From positions 186,001 through 250,000 of IMG/VR virus record IMGVR_UViG_3300022698_000267: DNA of 64,000 nt, one strand, 5' to 3'. Below the pieces are notes generated by a model. It searched no databases, had not been told where the DNA came from, and worked only from the letters and a program-made list of their open reading frames with translations. A program made the translations under genes and the position numbers. Numbering within the stretch: the stretch's first letter is position 1; every line of letters begins with the position of its first letter. Positions 28,533 through 37,092 of the stretch are shown here, piece after piece.

Positions 28533-28607
28533 GCCTGTACGTCATTACAACAAATGTAAAGGACGTACAGGCGTTTCCGTGTACAGAGGTATGTCATGGT
28601 ATGGGGA
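28533..28607 (+). repeat. Structured intergenic element, copy 1 (hairpin + conserved tail)
   Basis: gcctgtacgtc/gacgtacaggc 11-bp stem; tail 32/42 identical to 39350-39391. Confidence 0.7.
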
Positions 28608-28637
28608 TAGTTACAAACTCTAATAGAAATGGATTCT

Positions 28638-28647
28638 AATACTAAAA
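28638..28647 (+). promoter_or_regulatory. Putative phage promoter motif AATACTAAAA
   Basis: Intergenic, upstream of the resolvase. Confidence 0.6.
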
Positions 28648-28689
28648 CCTTTTGAAAGAATTTCTTGTAATACTTCAATGGAGTTTCTG

Positions 28690-29253
28690 ATGGCTAAAGG
28701 TGGACAATTTGAACGTGATGTTTGTAAAGAACTTTCATTATGGTGGACAGAAGGGGAAAGAGATGATATATTTTGGAGAACATCAGGTTCCGGTGCAAGG
28801 GCAAAAACTAGATCTAGACAGCAGAATAAAACCACAGCCTATTCATATGGGGATGTAACTTTTACCGATCCAATTGGTCAACCACTCATTGCTAAATGTA
28901 TATTAGAACTTAAAAGAGGTTATGGTAAGTGGTCACCTTTGGATCTGGTGGATAGACCAAAAATGCGTAAAAATGCTAAGAAAATGCCGTTACAAACTCT
29001 GGAATCTTTTATAGAACAGGTTATGGAGGATGTAACAAATGCTGGAGGCTTTCATCATCCCATTTTAATTTGTAGAAGAGATGGAAGAAGGAAGTTTATA
29101 GGAATTACAGACAGATTATTTCGAGCAATGGTAAATATGTTTGGATATCCTGAAACAACAATACTTAGAATTAACACCAATCCATCTTTTCGATTTATGT
29201 CCTACCGATTTTTTCTTGATTGGTGTCATCCAGATTTTTTCAAATCCTGTTAA
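28690..29253 (+). CDS. Holliday junction resolvase (PD-(D/E)xK, Hjc-like); start moved to ATG 28690
   Basis: KGGQFER, RTSGSG, GDV, ELKRGY. Confidence 0.8.
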   Translation: MAKGGQFERDVCKELSLWWTEGERDDIFWRTSGSGARAKTRSRQQNKTTAYSYGDVTFTDPIGQPLIAKCILELKRGYGKWSPLDLVDRPKMRKNAKKMPLQTLESFIEQVMEDVTNAGGFHHPILICRRDGRRKFIGITDRLFRAMVNMFGYPETTILRINTNPSFRFMSYRFFLDWCHPDFFKSC

Positions 29254-29293
29254 AAACATTCATATAATACTTGAAATAACAATAAAATTCTGT

Positions 29294-29303
29294 TATACTA
29301 AAA
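29294..29303 (+). promoter_or_regulatory. Putative phage promoter motif TATACTAAAA
   Basis: Intergenic, upstream of the ligase. Confidence 0.6.
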
Positions 29304-29335
29304 TTAAGTTATAAATATAAATGGAGGTTTTATTG

Positions 29336-31207
29336 ATGGGTATACATGAGAGTGTGTTACAAAATATGAGTGTAGAGCAACTAAGGGAAGAAATTAAAAA
29401 ACACGACAATCTTTATTGGAAAGAACAGAATCCCATTATTTCTGATCCAGATTATGACAGATTAGTCCGAAGACTACAAGAATTAGAACCGGATGACTCT
29501 TTGGTTAGTGAGTTTAAAGAAGAGGAAGTAACTTCTTCTGGAAAAATTGAACATGAAAATCCGATGTTAAGTTTGGATAAAGTCTACACTTCGGAAGAAG
29601 TTTTGAAATGGTGTAGAAAAGTAGCCAGAACAGTTAATGAGTGTTTTCTGCTACAAATTAAGTACGATGGTTGTTCTGCAGAACTTGATAATGACATTCT
29701 TTCCACTAGAGGTGATGGTCATATTGGAGAAGATATTTCAGATAAAATTCCACACATTCGAATTTTGACAGGACCAGATTTTATTCCAGCTATTGGATTT
29801 GAAGGCAAAATTAGGGGAGAATTGGTTTTACAAAAATCTGTTTTCTTACAATACAAAGATATTCTAAAGAGAAAAAGTGGAGAGCCTTATAAAAATTCCA
29901 GAAATGCTTGTGCAGGAATTTTAAATACCGATGATTTTGTCAGTCCTGTGAAAGAACCATTTTTAACCTTTGTTCCATTCGATAATTACACAATGTATAA
30001 GACTCTAAAGCAAATGGAGGATTTTATACTTAGTGGAGAATGGGATAAATTCGTTAAAGATTCTGAAAATCTAGATTATCCAGCAGATGGATTGGTTATA
30101 AAACTGGAAGATCAGTCTTATTGTAAAGAATTGGGAATGACCAAACATCATAGAAAATCAGAACTTGCTTTCAAATTTGCAAATCCGTCAGCTAAAACTG
30201 TTCTTAAAGGTGTGACTCTTAGTTGTGGTAAAGGTTGTGTTACACCAATTGGCAATGTTGAACCTGTTGAACTTGGTGGAGTTACAGTTAGCAATGTAAA
30301 TCTTCACAATTGGAAAAATATCTTGGATATGGGAATCTTCATTGGTGACACTTTGATAGTGGAAAGGGCGGGAGATGTAATCCCTTACGTTGTTGGAGTT
30401 ATTCCAGCTCAACATAGAGTTGCAATAGAAATGGATTACTGTCCAGTTTGTCATGGACCATTGACATATGAAGAACCTGTAAAAGTTTGTAAAAATCCTG
30501 AATGTGGTGGATCTAATCTTAGAAAATTGTCTGATTCCGTTGTACGAATCGGGATTGAAAGATTAGGTCGACCCACCCTTAAAGATATGATGAAAATTAT
30601 AGGTGTTGTAAATTTGATCGATATCTTCCATCTTACAGAAGACGATTTATTAAGACTTCCTAGATTTGGAAAAAGGAAGGCACAGAATCTACTTGAAGAA
30701 ATAGACAAAGTTAAAAAGAATGGAGTGTACGAATGGCAGATTCTTTCAGCCATGAATATTCCTGGAATTGGCAGTACACTAAGTGAAAAAATACTGGAAG
30801 TTTATAATCTCAGAGATCTTATCTTTTTGTGTAGAACAGAACCTGCAATTTCCGAATTAACTTCTTTAGATGGAATAGAGGTTGAAAGAGCCAGTATTTT
30901 AGTAGATGGTGTTTTGGATAATAAAGGATACCTTTTGAAATTGCTTTCTATTCTTCCTATTAAAGAACCGAAGAAGAAAGATTCGAAAGTTGTAAAGATT
31001 TGTTTCAGTGGTAAATTTCCTGATAAAAAGAAAGTATACTACCAGATGTTGGAAGGTAAAAATTTCGAGATTATGGAAAAAGTTGATAAAACCTTGGATA
31101 TTCTAGTTGTAGCAGATTCAACAAAAAATAGTGGTAAGCAGCAAAAAGCTGAAAAATTAGGAATTAAGGTCTTAGAACTAGACTCCCTACTAACTTCAAT
31201 TAAGTAG
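29336..31207 (+). CDS. ligA: NAD-dependent DNA ligase; start moved to ATG 29336
   Basis: PMLSL, KYDG, TRGDG, RGE, DGLVIK, AFKF, Zn finger, HhH and BRCT. Confidence 0.96.
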   Translation: MGIHESVLQNMSVEQLREEIKKHDNLYWKEQNPIISDPDYDRLVRRLQELEPDDSLVSEFKEEEVTSSGKIEHENPMLSLDKVYTSEEVLKWCRKVARTVNECFLLQIKYDGCSAELDNDILSTRGDGHIGEDISDKIPHIRILTGPDFIPAIGFEGKIRGELVLQKSVFLQYKDILKRKSGEPYKNSRNACAGILNTDDFVSPVKEPFLTFVPFDNYTMYKTLKQMEDFILSGEWDKFVKDSENLDYPADGLVIKLEDQSYCKELGMTKHHRKSELAFKFANPSAKTVLKGVTLSCGKGCVTPIGNVEPVELGGVTVSNVNLHNWKNILDMGIFIGDTLIVERAGDVIPYVVGVIPAQHRVAIEMDYCPVCHGPLTYEEPVKVCKNPECGGSNLRKLSDSVVRIGIERLGRPTLKDMMKIIGVVNLIDIFHLTEDDLLRLPRFGKRKAQNLLEEIDKVKKNGVYEWQILSAMNIPGIGSTLSEKILEVYNLRDLIFLCRTEPAISELTSLDGIEVERASILVDGVLDNKGYLLKLLSILPIKEPKKKDSKVVKICFSGKFPDKKKVYYQMLEGKNFEIMEKVDKTLDILVVADSTKNSGKQQKAEKLGIKVLELDSLLTSIK

Positions 31208-31225
31208 ACAAGGAGGTGTTTTTAC

Positions 31226-31561
31226 GTGATTAATTTAGATAAAAATGATGATATCGATATTAAGGTTTCGATTATTGGTTTACCACAGAGTGGGAAGTCC
31301 ACAATAATTTATCTGCTAACAAGAGCATTACAGGATATTGGGATGAAAGTGACTGCTTATGATTCAGAACCATTAAAAAATCATGATTCCAATATTCATT
31401 TGAAATGTGAAGCTCTAAGAGGAAAAAAGATTTCTATTCATACCATAGCTTTGAAAAGCAAGGATTTTAGTAGCATGGCACCGGAAATGCAAGGTGTAGA
31501 GGCTCTTCGTGAAAGAGTTCGAGATTCTAAACGTAGAAGGGGTCCAACTGATACTTTTTAA
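31226..31561 (+). CDS. Mini P-loop protein (paralog A)
   Basis: IIGLPQSGKST Walker A in a 111-aa protein. Confidence 0.65.
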   Translation: MINLDKNDDIDIKVSIIGLPQSGKSTIIYLLTRALQDIGMKVTAYDSEPLKNHDSNIHLKCEALRGKKISIHTIALKSKDFSSMAPEMQGVEALRERVRDSKRRRGPTDTF

Positions 31562-31602
31562 AAAGAACAGGTTACTTTAACTATTGATTCTGGGGGGACA
31601 AA

Positions 31603-32556
31603 TTGGGAAAAAACAATGGTAGAATTCTAAAAATTATTGATGGTTCAGCTAATACTCCTTTGGTTGATGACATCTGTTTCAATTCTAATTTAATTGGTTC
31701 GGAAGTCAAAGATGTTGTTAGTACATTTTCCGATAAAGAAACTCAAATAGAAATCGAAGAAAATATGCGAGGTTGTGATGTATTTGTGATTCAACCTACT
31801 TCTTCACCAGCCAATGAACATTTGATGCAATTATATTTCATACTAGATGCTTTAAAAAGAAGTAATTGTTGGCGGGTTACGGCAGTTATTCCTTACTATG
31901 GTTATGGAAGACAGGATAAAAAGTTGAAGCCCAGAGTTCCAATCTCTGCCAAATCTGTAGCCAGTTTAATTGAGTTTGGTGGAGTTAATAGAGTCCTCAC
32001 TATGGATCTTCATGCTAATCAAATTCAAGGATTTTTTAATTGTCCAGTTGACAATTTATTTGCATCTTCCATATTTTTGCCTTATATGCGTAAGCATGTA
32101 GACCCAAATTCTGTGATAGTATCACCAGATGAAGGTGGAATTGCCAGGGCGGTTCATTACTCTAAAGCTTTAGGACTTCCTGCAGCAATGATTCATAAAT
32201 CAAGACTCATAGCAAATGAAGTTGACAAGATGATACTATTAGGTTCTGTAAGAAATATGCACGCAATCATTATCGATGATATGTGTGATACAGCAACCAC
32301 ACTTTGTAAAGGTGCTGCTATTTTAAAAGATGCTGGAGCATTAAGTGTGGAAGCTTTTGTAACACATGGTGTATTTTCCGGTAAGGCTTACGAAAAAATA
32401 GCAGATTCTGCCTTCGAGGTTGTTAATGTGACAGATTCAATAAAACAGTCGACTATTTACACAGAAAAAATCAATGTCATCTCTTGTGCAGACCTTTTTG
32501 CAAAAGCAATTTTGAATATTCATGATGAAACTTCAGTTAGTTGTCTCTTCGAGTAA
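31603..32556 (+). CDS. prs: Ribose-phosphate pyrophosphokinase
   Basis: FSDKE, PYYGYGRQDKK, DLHANQIQGFF, SPDEGG, DDMCDT. Confidence 0.95.
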   Translation: MGKNNGRILKIIDGSANTPLVDDICFNSNLIGSEVKDVVSTFSDKETQIEIEENMRGCDVFVIQPTSSPANEHLMQLYFILDALKRSNCWRVTAVIPYYGYGRQDKKLKPRVPISAKSVASLIEFGGVNRVLTMDLHANQIQGFFNCPVDNLFASSIFLPYMRKHVDPNSVIVSPDEGGIARAVHYSKALGLPAAMIHKSRLIANEVDKMILLGSVRNMHAIIIDDMCDTATTLCKGAAILKDAGALSVEAFVTHGVFSGKAYEKIADSAFEVVNVTDSIKQSTIYTEKINVISCADLFAKAILNIHDETSVSCLFE

Positions 32557-32561
32557 CAAAA

Positions 32562-32571
32562 AATACTAAAA
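32562..32571 (+). promoter_or_regulatory. Putative phage promoter motif AATACTAAAA
   Basis: Intergenic, upstream of mini P-loop B. Confidence 0.6.
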
Positions 32572-32602
32572 TTTATAGAAATTAATTTCAATGGAGGGTA
32601 GC

Positions 32603-32854
32603 ATGGGGAAAAAGGAGTTACAAATACTGATAATTGGAGAAGCTGGTAGAGGTAAATCTACAATGGCTAGAATTATTCAACATGCTTTACAAGATCGTGA
32701 GTTTGATGATGTAACTATTAAAGATGAAATTGTAGAAGGTGTTCCAGATTCTTTCAATGAGGACGTCAGTATGAATCTTCGTTGTGAGGCTATAAAGGAT
32801 CTTTCAGTACTCATTAAAACCAAACAGTCGGTGAAAGGAGGATTCAATGTTTAG
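32603..32854 (+). CDS. Mini P-loop protein (paralog B); start moved to ATG 32603
   Basis: IIGEAGRGKST; aligns with paralog A. Confidence 0.65.
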   Translation: MGKKELQILIIGEAGRGKSTMARIIQHALQDREFDDVTIKDEIVEGVPDSFNEDVSMNLRCEAIKDLSVLIKTKQSVKGGFNV

Positions 32855-33518
32855 AAAATTTGTTACAAGCAATACATTTATAGCTATAGTTTTAACTGTT
32901 ATAGCTATGGGAGTCTTTGCAGTAATGGATTTTTTCCCACGATTGAGTGCTTCAGTTTCTGAGAATTCTATTGAGAGACCTGACATGCTCTCAGAGGTTT
33001 TTTTTGAATCAGAGGTTCCATTTAGGCAAATTGGACCTCTTAGACAACCAGAAACGGATGATCAGAAAATAATACGTTTTTCCTCTATTATAGAAAAAAG
33101 GCAGCCTCGTTTGGATCCAGCTATAGCAGAACAGATTGCTAAGTGTACATTGATATCTTCCAAACGTTATGGATTCCCTCCGGAAATGATTCTTGCTTTG
33201 ATGAAAAGGGAATCTACATTTATTCCAACTTTAGTTTCTAGTGCAGGTTGTAAAGGTTTGATGCAAGTGTACCCTGAAAAGCATCTGAAGAAATTAAAAA
33301 GAAGAGGGATTTCTAAAGATTCACCAAAGATTTTTTACATCGCTCCAAATATTGATATTGGATGCGAAATTCTTAGGGAGTATTATGATTCTGCAAAAGG
33401 GAATGTTAAACAAGCCCTAAAACAGTATGTTGGTGGGAAACATGATACGTATCTAACCGATGTCACTGTGGAATTTACTTCCTTAATGTTGGAAAAGTTT
33501 GATTCTTCCAACATGTAA
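32847..33518 (+). CDS. SLT-family lytic transglycosylase with N-terminal membrane anchor
   Basis: RES catalytic Glu, GLMQV, NIDIG, AL..Y.GG. Confidence 0.88.
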   Translation: MFRKFVTSNTFIAIVLTVIAMGVFAVMDFFPRLSASVSENSIERPDMLSEVFFESEVPFRQIGPLRQPETDDQKIIRFSSIIEKRQPRLDPAIAEQIAKCTLISSKRYGFPPEMILALMKRESTFIPTLVSSAGCKGLMQVYPEKHLKKLKRRGISKDSPKIFYIAPNIDIGCEILREYYDSAKGNVKQALKQYVGGKHDTYLTDVTVEFTSLMLEKFDSSNM

Positions 33519-33530
33519 TAGGAGAAAATC

Positions 33531-33848
33531 ATGAATACCGATCGTATGACAAAAGATGAGAAGTCAATTCTTCTATATCTAGAATCCTGTGCAACCGATG
33601 ATATTGGTAGAATAGATTCTAGAAAGATTAATGATATCGATCTGGAAATAATGAAAAAATGGAATAAAAGTGGTTTTATTTCATTTGGAAGATTAAGATC
33701 TGCCGATATTAAATCTGGGAGTTTCAAAGCCACATGGGTTAAACTGTCTGATGAAGCTTGGGAAACTGCTTTCAAATTGCGAAAGGAAAGAGCTTTAAGG
33801 ATGGAGAAGAATTACCCTTATGAAAGGAAAGAGATAGGTGTTCTATAA
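33531..33848 (+). CDS. Hypothetical protein
   Basis: 105 aa, GGAG RBS. Confidence 0.65.
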   Translation: MNTDRMTKDEKSILLYLESCATDDIGRIDSRKINDIDLEIMKKWNKSGFISFGRLRSADIKSGSFKATWVKLSDEAWETAFKLRKERALRMEKNYPYERKEIGVL

Positions 33849-34320
33849 CACACCAGAAAAATTGGAACCTCTACTTTGGGCTGTGGAACAGACATGGGAA
33901 ATAACTCAAAGAGAGGATTATCATCCCGAAATTTATGTGCATCTGCACCTTCTACAATGTTTCTATATAGCTGTTAAGGAAACCAGAGACATAGATATTA
34001 TAGTTGCTGCCCTAGTTCATGATGTTGGAAAAGTTGGTGGTAGCCATGGACATGAAAAACGTTCTGTTGATATGCTGGAATGTCACTGTTCTGAGAAGAC
34101 CCTTTGGTTAATCGAACAACATATTAAAATTTGGTCTCTTTTAACAGGACAAATGAAGAAAAGGTCAAAGGTTCAGAATCTAATGTCACATCCATGGTTT
34201 CTAGATTTAATACTTCTGGCTAGAATTGATAAGATGGGAAGGAATTTGGGCAGGACAGTTTACTATGATAAAGAAGAGATTATCAACACCATCCTAGAAG
34301 CAAAAATCCATAATTCTTAG
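33838..34320 (+). CDS. HD-domain phosphohydrolase
   Basis: YHPE..VHLH and AALVHDVGK. Confidence 0.8.
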   Translation: MFYNTPEKLEPLLWAVEQTWEITQREDYHPEIYVHLHLLQCFYIAVKETRDIDIIVAALVHDVGKVGGSHGHEKRSVDMLECHCSEKTLWLIEQHIKIWSLLTGQMKKRSKVQNLMSHPWFLDLILLARIDKMGRNLGRTVYYDKEEIINTILEAKIHNS

Positions 34321-34322
34321 TG

Positions 34323-34364
34323 AATTCAAAAAATATTTGAATTAAATTCAAAAAAATACTATAT
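34323..34364 (+). promoter_or_regulatory. Alternating AATTCAAA/TTTGAATT repeats followed by AATACTATAT motif
   Basis: aattcaaa 34323-30, tttgaatt 34336-43, aattcaaa 34345-52, motif 34355-64. Confidence 0.5.
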
Positions 34365-34390
34365 TTCTATAAAATAAATGGAGAATAAGA

Positions 34391-35575
34391 ATGTTAACTT
34401 ATCGAGATAAACCAAAAGACTATAAAATATTTGGAATTCCAGGTGTGGATTTTGAGTACGAAGCTCTTGAACAGATGAATAAAGTTATGTCCATTCCTGT
34501 TAGCTTAGAAGGGGCTGTAATGCCTGACGCTCACGTTGGATATGGTATGCCTATTGGTGGAGTAGCTGCTTTAAAGGATGCAGTAAGTCCCAATTTCGTG
34601 GGATATGATATAGCTTGTCGAATGACTCTTACTATTTTGGATATTGACATTCCAGAACTTTTAAAGAATCGAGAACTTATAGCTGGACATATGTTAGCTT
34701 CTTCAAGTTTTGGGGTAGGATCTATTTCTAATCGAAGAACAGATCATCCAGTTATGTATTCTCCTCTATGGAAAGAGCTTTCACATCTTAAAGAGTTGCA
34801 GTCTTTGGCTGAGGAACAATTGGGAACCAGTGGATCTGGAAATCATTTCTTCAATGCTATGATAGGTCAGGTAGTAAATGAAGCAGATTGGTTACCTTTG
34901 AATGTTGGTGACAAATTTGTTGCTATTATGACACATTCTGGAAGTCGTGGAGTTGGTCATAAATTAGCTACTCATTATATTAAATTAGCAAAACAAGAAA
35001 CTAAGGCTATTGCCAAAGGAATTCCAAGAGATTATGAGTGGTTAGATATCAGAAAAGATTCTGGTCGTGAATATTTGAAAGTAATGTCTTTAATGGGTGA
35101 ATACGCGGAAGCAAATCATCAGATTATTCACGATTCTTTTCTGAAAAAGTCAGGATTAAAACAGATTGTTCGTTATCAAAATCATCATAATTTTGCTTGG
35201 GAAGGACCTAATGGAATAGTTATACATCGTAAGGGTGCAACCCCTGCTCAATTAGGACAGATTGGAATAATTCCAGGTTCAAGTGGAACAGCTTCTTATC
35301 TTGTTGAAGGAAGAGGAGAGGTCACTGGTTTATGTTCCTCAAGTCATGGTGCTGGTAGAAAGTTCAGTAGGAATGAAGCAAAGGCAAAGTATAAAAAGCA
35401 TATTGTCGATGCTCATATGAAAGATTACGATATTCTTGGTATTGGGATAAACAAAGATGAAACTTTGATGGCTTATAAGGATATTGAGCACGTTATGGAT
35501 TTACAAAAAGATCTTGTTTCTCCAGTAGCAAGAATGCTTCCAAAGGTTGTCATCATGGCTGGAAAAAGAAATTAG
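34391..35575 (+). CDS. rtcB: RtcB RNA ligase
   Basis: MPDAHVGYG.PIG, DIAC, GSGNHF, HSGSR, HHN, HRKGAT, SHGAGR, AYKDI. Confidence 0.95.
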   Translation: MLTYRDKPKDYKIFGIPGVDFEYEALEQMNKVMSIPVSLEGAVMPDAHVGYGMPIGGVAALKDAVSPNFVGYDIACRMTLTILDIDIPELLKNRELIAGHMLASSSFGVGSISNRRTDHPVMYSPLWKELSHLKELQSLAEEQLGTSGSGNHFFNAMIGQVVNEADWLPLNVGDKFVAIMTHSGSRGVGHKLATHYIKLAKQETKAIAKGIPRDYEWLDIRKDSGREYLKVMSLMGEYAEANHQIIHDSFLKKSGLKQIVRYQNHHNFAWEGPNGIVIHRKGATPAQLGQIGIIPGSSGTASYLVEGRGEVTGLCSSSHGAGRKFSRNEAKAKYKKHIVDAHMKDYDILGIGINKDETLMAYKDIEHVMDLQKDLVSPVARMLPKVVIMAGKRN

Positions 35576-35612
35576 ATTTTTTTTCAATAATTACCCGATT
35601 AAGTAAGTGAAA

Positions 35613-35622
35613 AATACTATAT
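35613..35622 (+). promoter_or_regulatory. Putative phage promoter motif AATACTATAT
   Basis: Intergenic, upstream of the vWA/PurA-like module. Confidence 0.5.
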
Positions 35623-35676
35623 ATAGAATATAGATTTTTTATTTACTATTTTAAATGTAAACGAAAGGAGAGAATC

Positions 35677-36060
35677 ATGGAAGAAAAAGACAAAAATGGA
35701 GCAGTAGCAACCAGCAATCCCTCAGCAGTAGTGGAGGTTCCCGGTGCCTTTATGTATTCCTTGAAAAGGAACAACAAGCAGATTCGGGATGACAGGGCCA
35801 TGGCCATCGCTGAGGACACTCAGCTTATCTACAAGCGGACCATGGAAGACCTGGAAGTCGCATTGAAGAGAATGCGACGGGAACAGGAAAATATGCTGGA
35901 TTTGTCACCCACCGACGCCCGGAGCCTGGTTTTGGCAAGCGATTTCGATTCCAAGGAATACGTCAACAAAGACGTGGAATTGGGAGTAAAAATCCGCAAT
36001 ACCGAAATCAAATTGGAAATTGCCAAGGCCCGATATGAATACCTGTTCGGCGAAGTGTAA
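35677..36060 (+). CDS. Coiled-coil hypothetical protein of the vWA/PurA-like module (GC ~50%)
   Basis: 127 aa; AAAGGAG RBS; GC visibly higher than the flanks. Confidence 0.8.
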   Translation: MEEKDKNGAVATSNPSAVVEVPGAFMYSLKRNNKQIRDDRAMAIAEDTQLIYKRTMEDLEVALKRMRREQENMLDLSPTDARSLVLASDFDSKEYVNKDVELGVKIRNTEIKLEIAKARYEYLFGEV

Positions 36061-36064
36061 ACCA

Positions 36065-36208
36065 ATGAAACCTTTTCGCAACATTCTCATAAAGTTCAAA
36101 GAGTTTGTTGCGAAAAAGTGGTTTCAATTTCGTTGTCCACATCAACATTTGCATGTATGGCCTCATATGTATGTATGTGATCGGTGTGGAAAAACTTTTA
36201 AAGATTAA
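36065..36208 (+). CDS. Small Zn-ribbon-like protein (47 aa); start moved to ATG 36065
   Basis: CPH...CDRC. Confidence 0.45.
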   Translation: MKPFRNILIKFKEFVAKKWFQFRCPHQHLHVWPHMYVCDRCGKTFKD

Positions 36209-36222
36209 AAAGGAGGATTAAA

Positions 36223-37092
36223 ATGGGTGGTGGAACATATTCATCAACAGCCAGAGCTACCAGGGCATTTCATTCTGGATATCATACGAAGTCGGCCCAA
36301 GAAATTTTTACCCAAAGAAACATCAACAATGCCATGAGCCCCTATGGTCTTGGGATTCGGGAATCCAGGGATTCAGAAGAGCATCCAAAATCATATCCGA
36401 TTATACTAGGTCTTGACGTAACTGGATCGATGGGAAGCGTTCCTCATTTTCTGGTAAAGGAAGGTCTTCCGAAAATCATGGATGGTATTATTGAAGCCGG
36501 AATTCCTGATCCTCAGGTTTTGTTTTTGGGGATTGGTGATCATCAAGTCGATGATGCTCCAATTCAAGTCGGCCAATTTGAAAGTTCGGATGAACTTCTG
36601 GATAAATGGTTGACCGATATTTATTTGGAAGGTGGGGGTGGTGCAAATGCCGGTGAAAGTTACTTTTTGGCCTGGTACGTTGCAGCCAAACACACTGAAA
36701 CGGACAGTTTTATAAAACGTCAACAGAAGGGCATCCTTTTCACAATCGGTGATGAGCCAGATCTGCGTACTTTTTCTGGAAAGTCTGCAAAAAATATATT
36801 TGGTGCTGGTGAATATGCCAAAGAGTATTCGGACTTTGCATTGTTGGAAGAAGCAATGTTGACTTACAATGTATTCCATATCAATATCAATGAAACCAGT
36901 TCCGGTTCCAGAAGAATGGTCCAAGATGGATGGAAACAAATTCTGGCAGACAACGCTTTATTTGCGAATCGGAGGGAAGATGTTGTTGGAATCATTACCG
37001 ATAAGATTGTCGAAATTTACAAGGCCACAGAAACGGCGCCGACCATTGTACCGGAAGAGTACGTCGAAACATCAGTAGAGGAAATGCTGTGA
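36223..37092 (+). CDS. vWA-domain protein
   Basis: MIDAS-like DVTGSMG, GGGG, IGDE; MGGG start. Confidence 0.85.
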   Translation: MGGGTYSSTARATRAFHSGYHTKSAQEIFTQRNINNAMSPYGLGIRESRDSEEHPKSYPIILGLDVTGSMGSVPHFLVKEGLPKIMDGIIEAGIPDPQVLFLGIGDHQVDDAPIQVGQFESSDELLDKWLTDIYLEGGGGANAGESYFLAWYVAAKHTETDSFIKRQQKGILFTIGDEPDLRTFSGKSAKNIFGAGEYAKEYSDFALLEEAMLTYNVFHININETSSGSRRMVQDGWKQILADNALFANRREDVVGIITDKIVEIYKATETAPTIVPEEYVETSVEEML

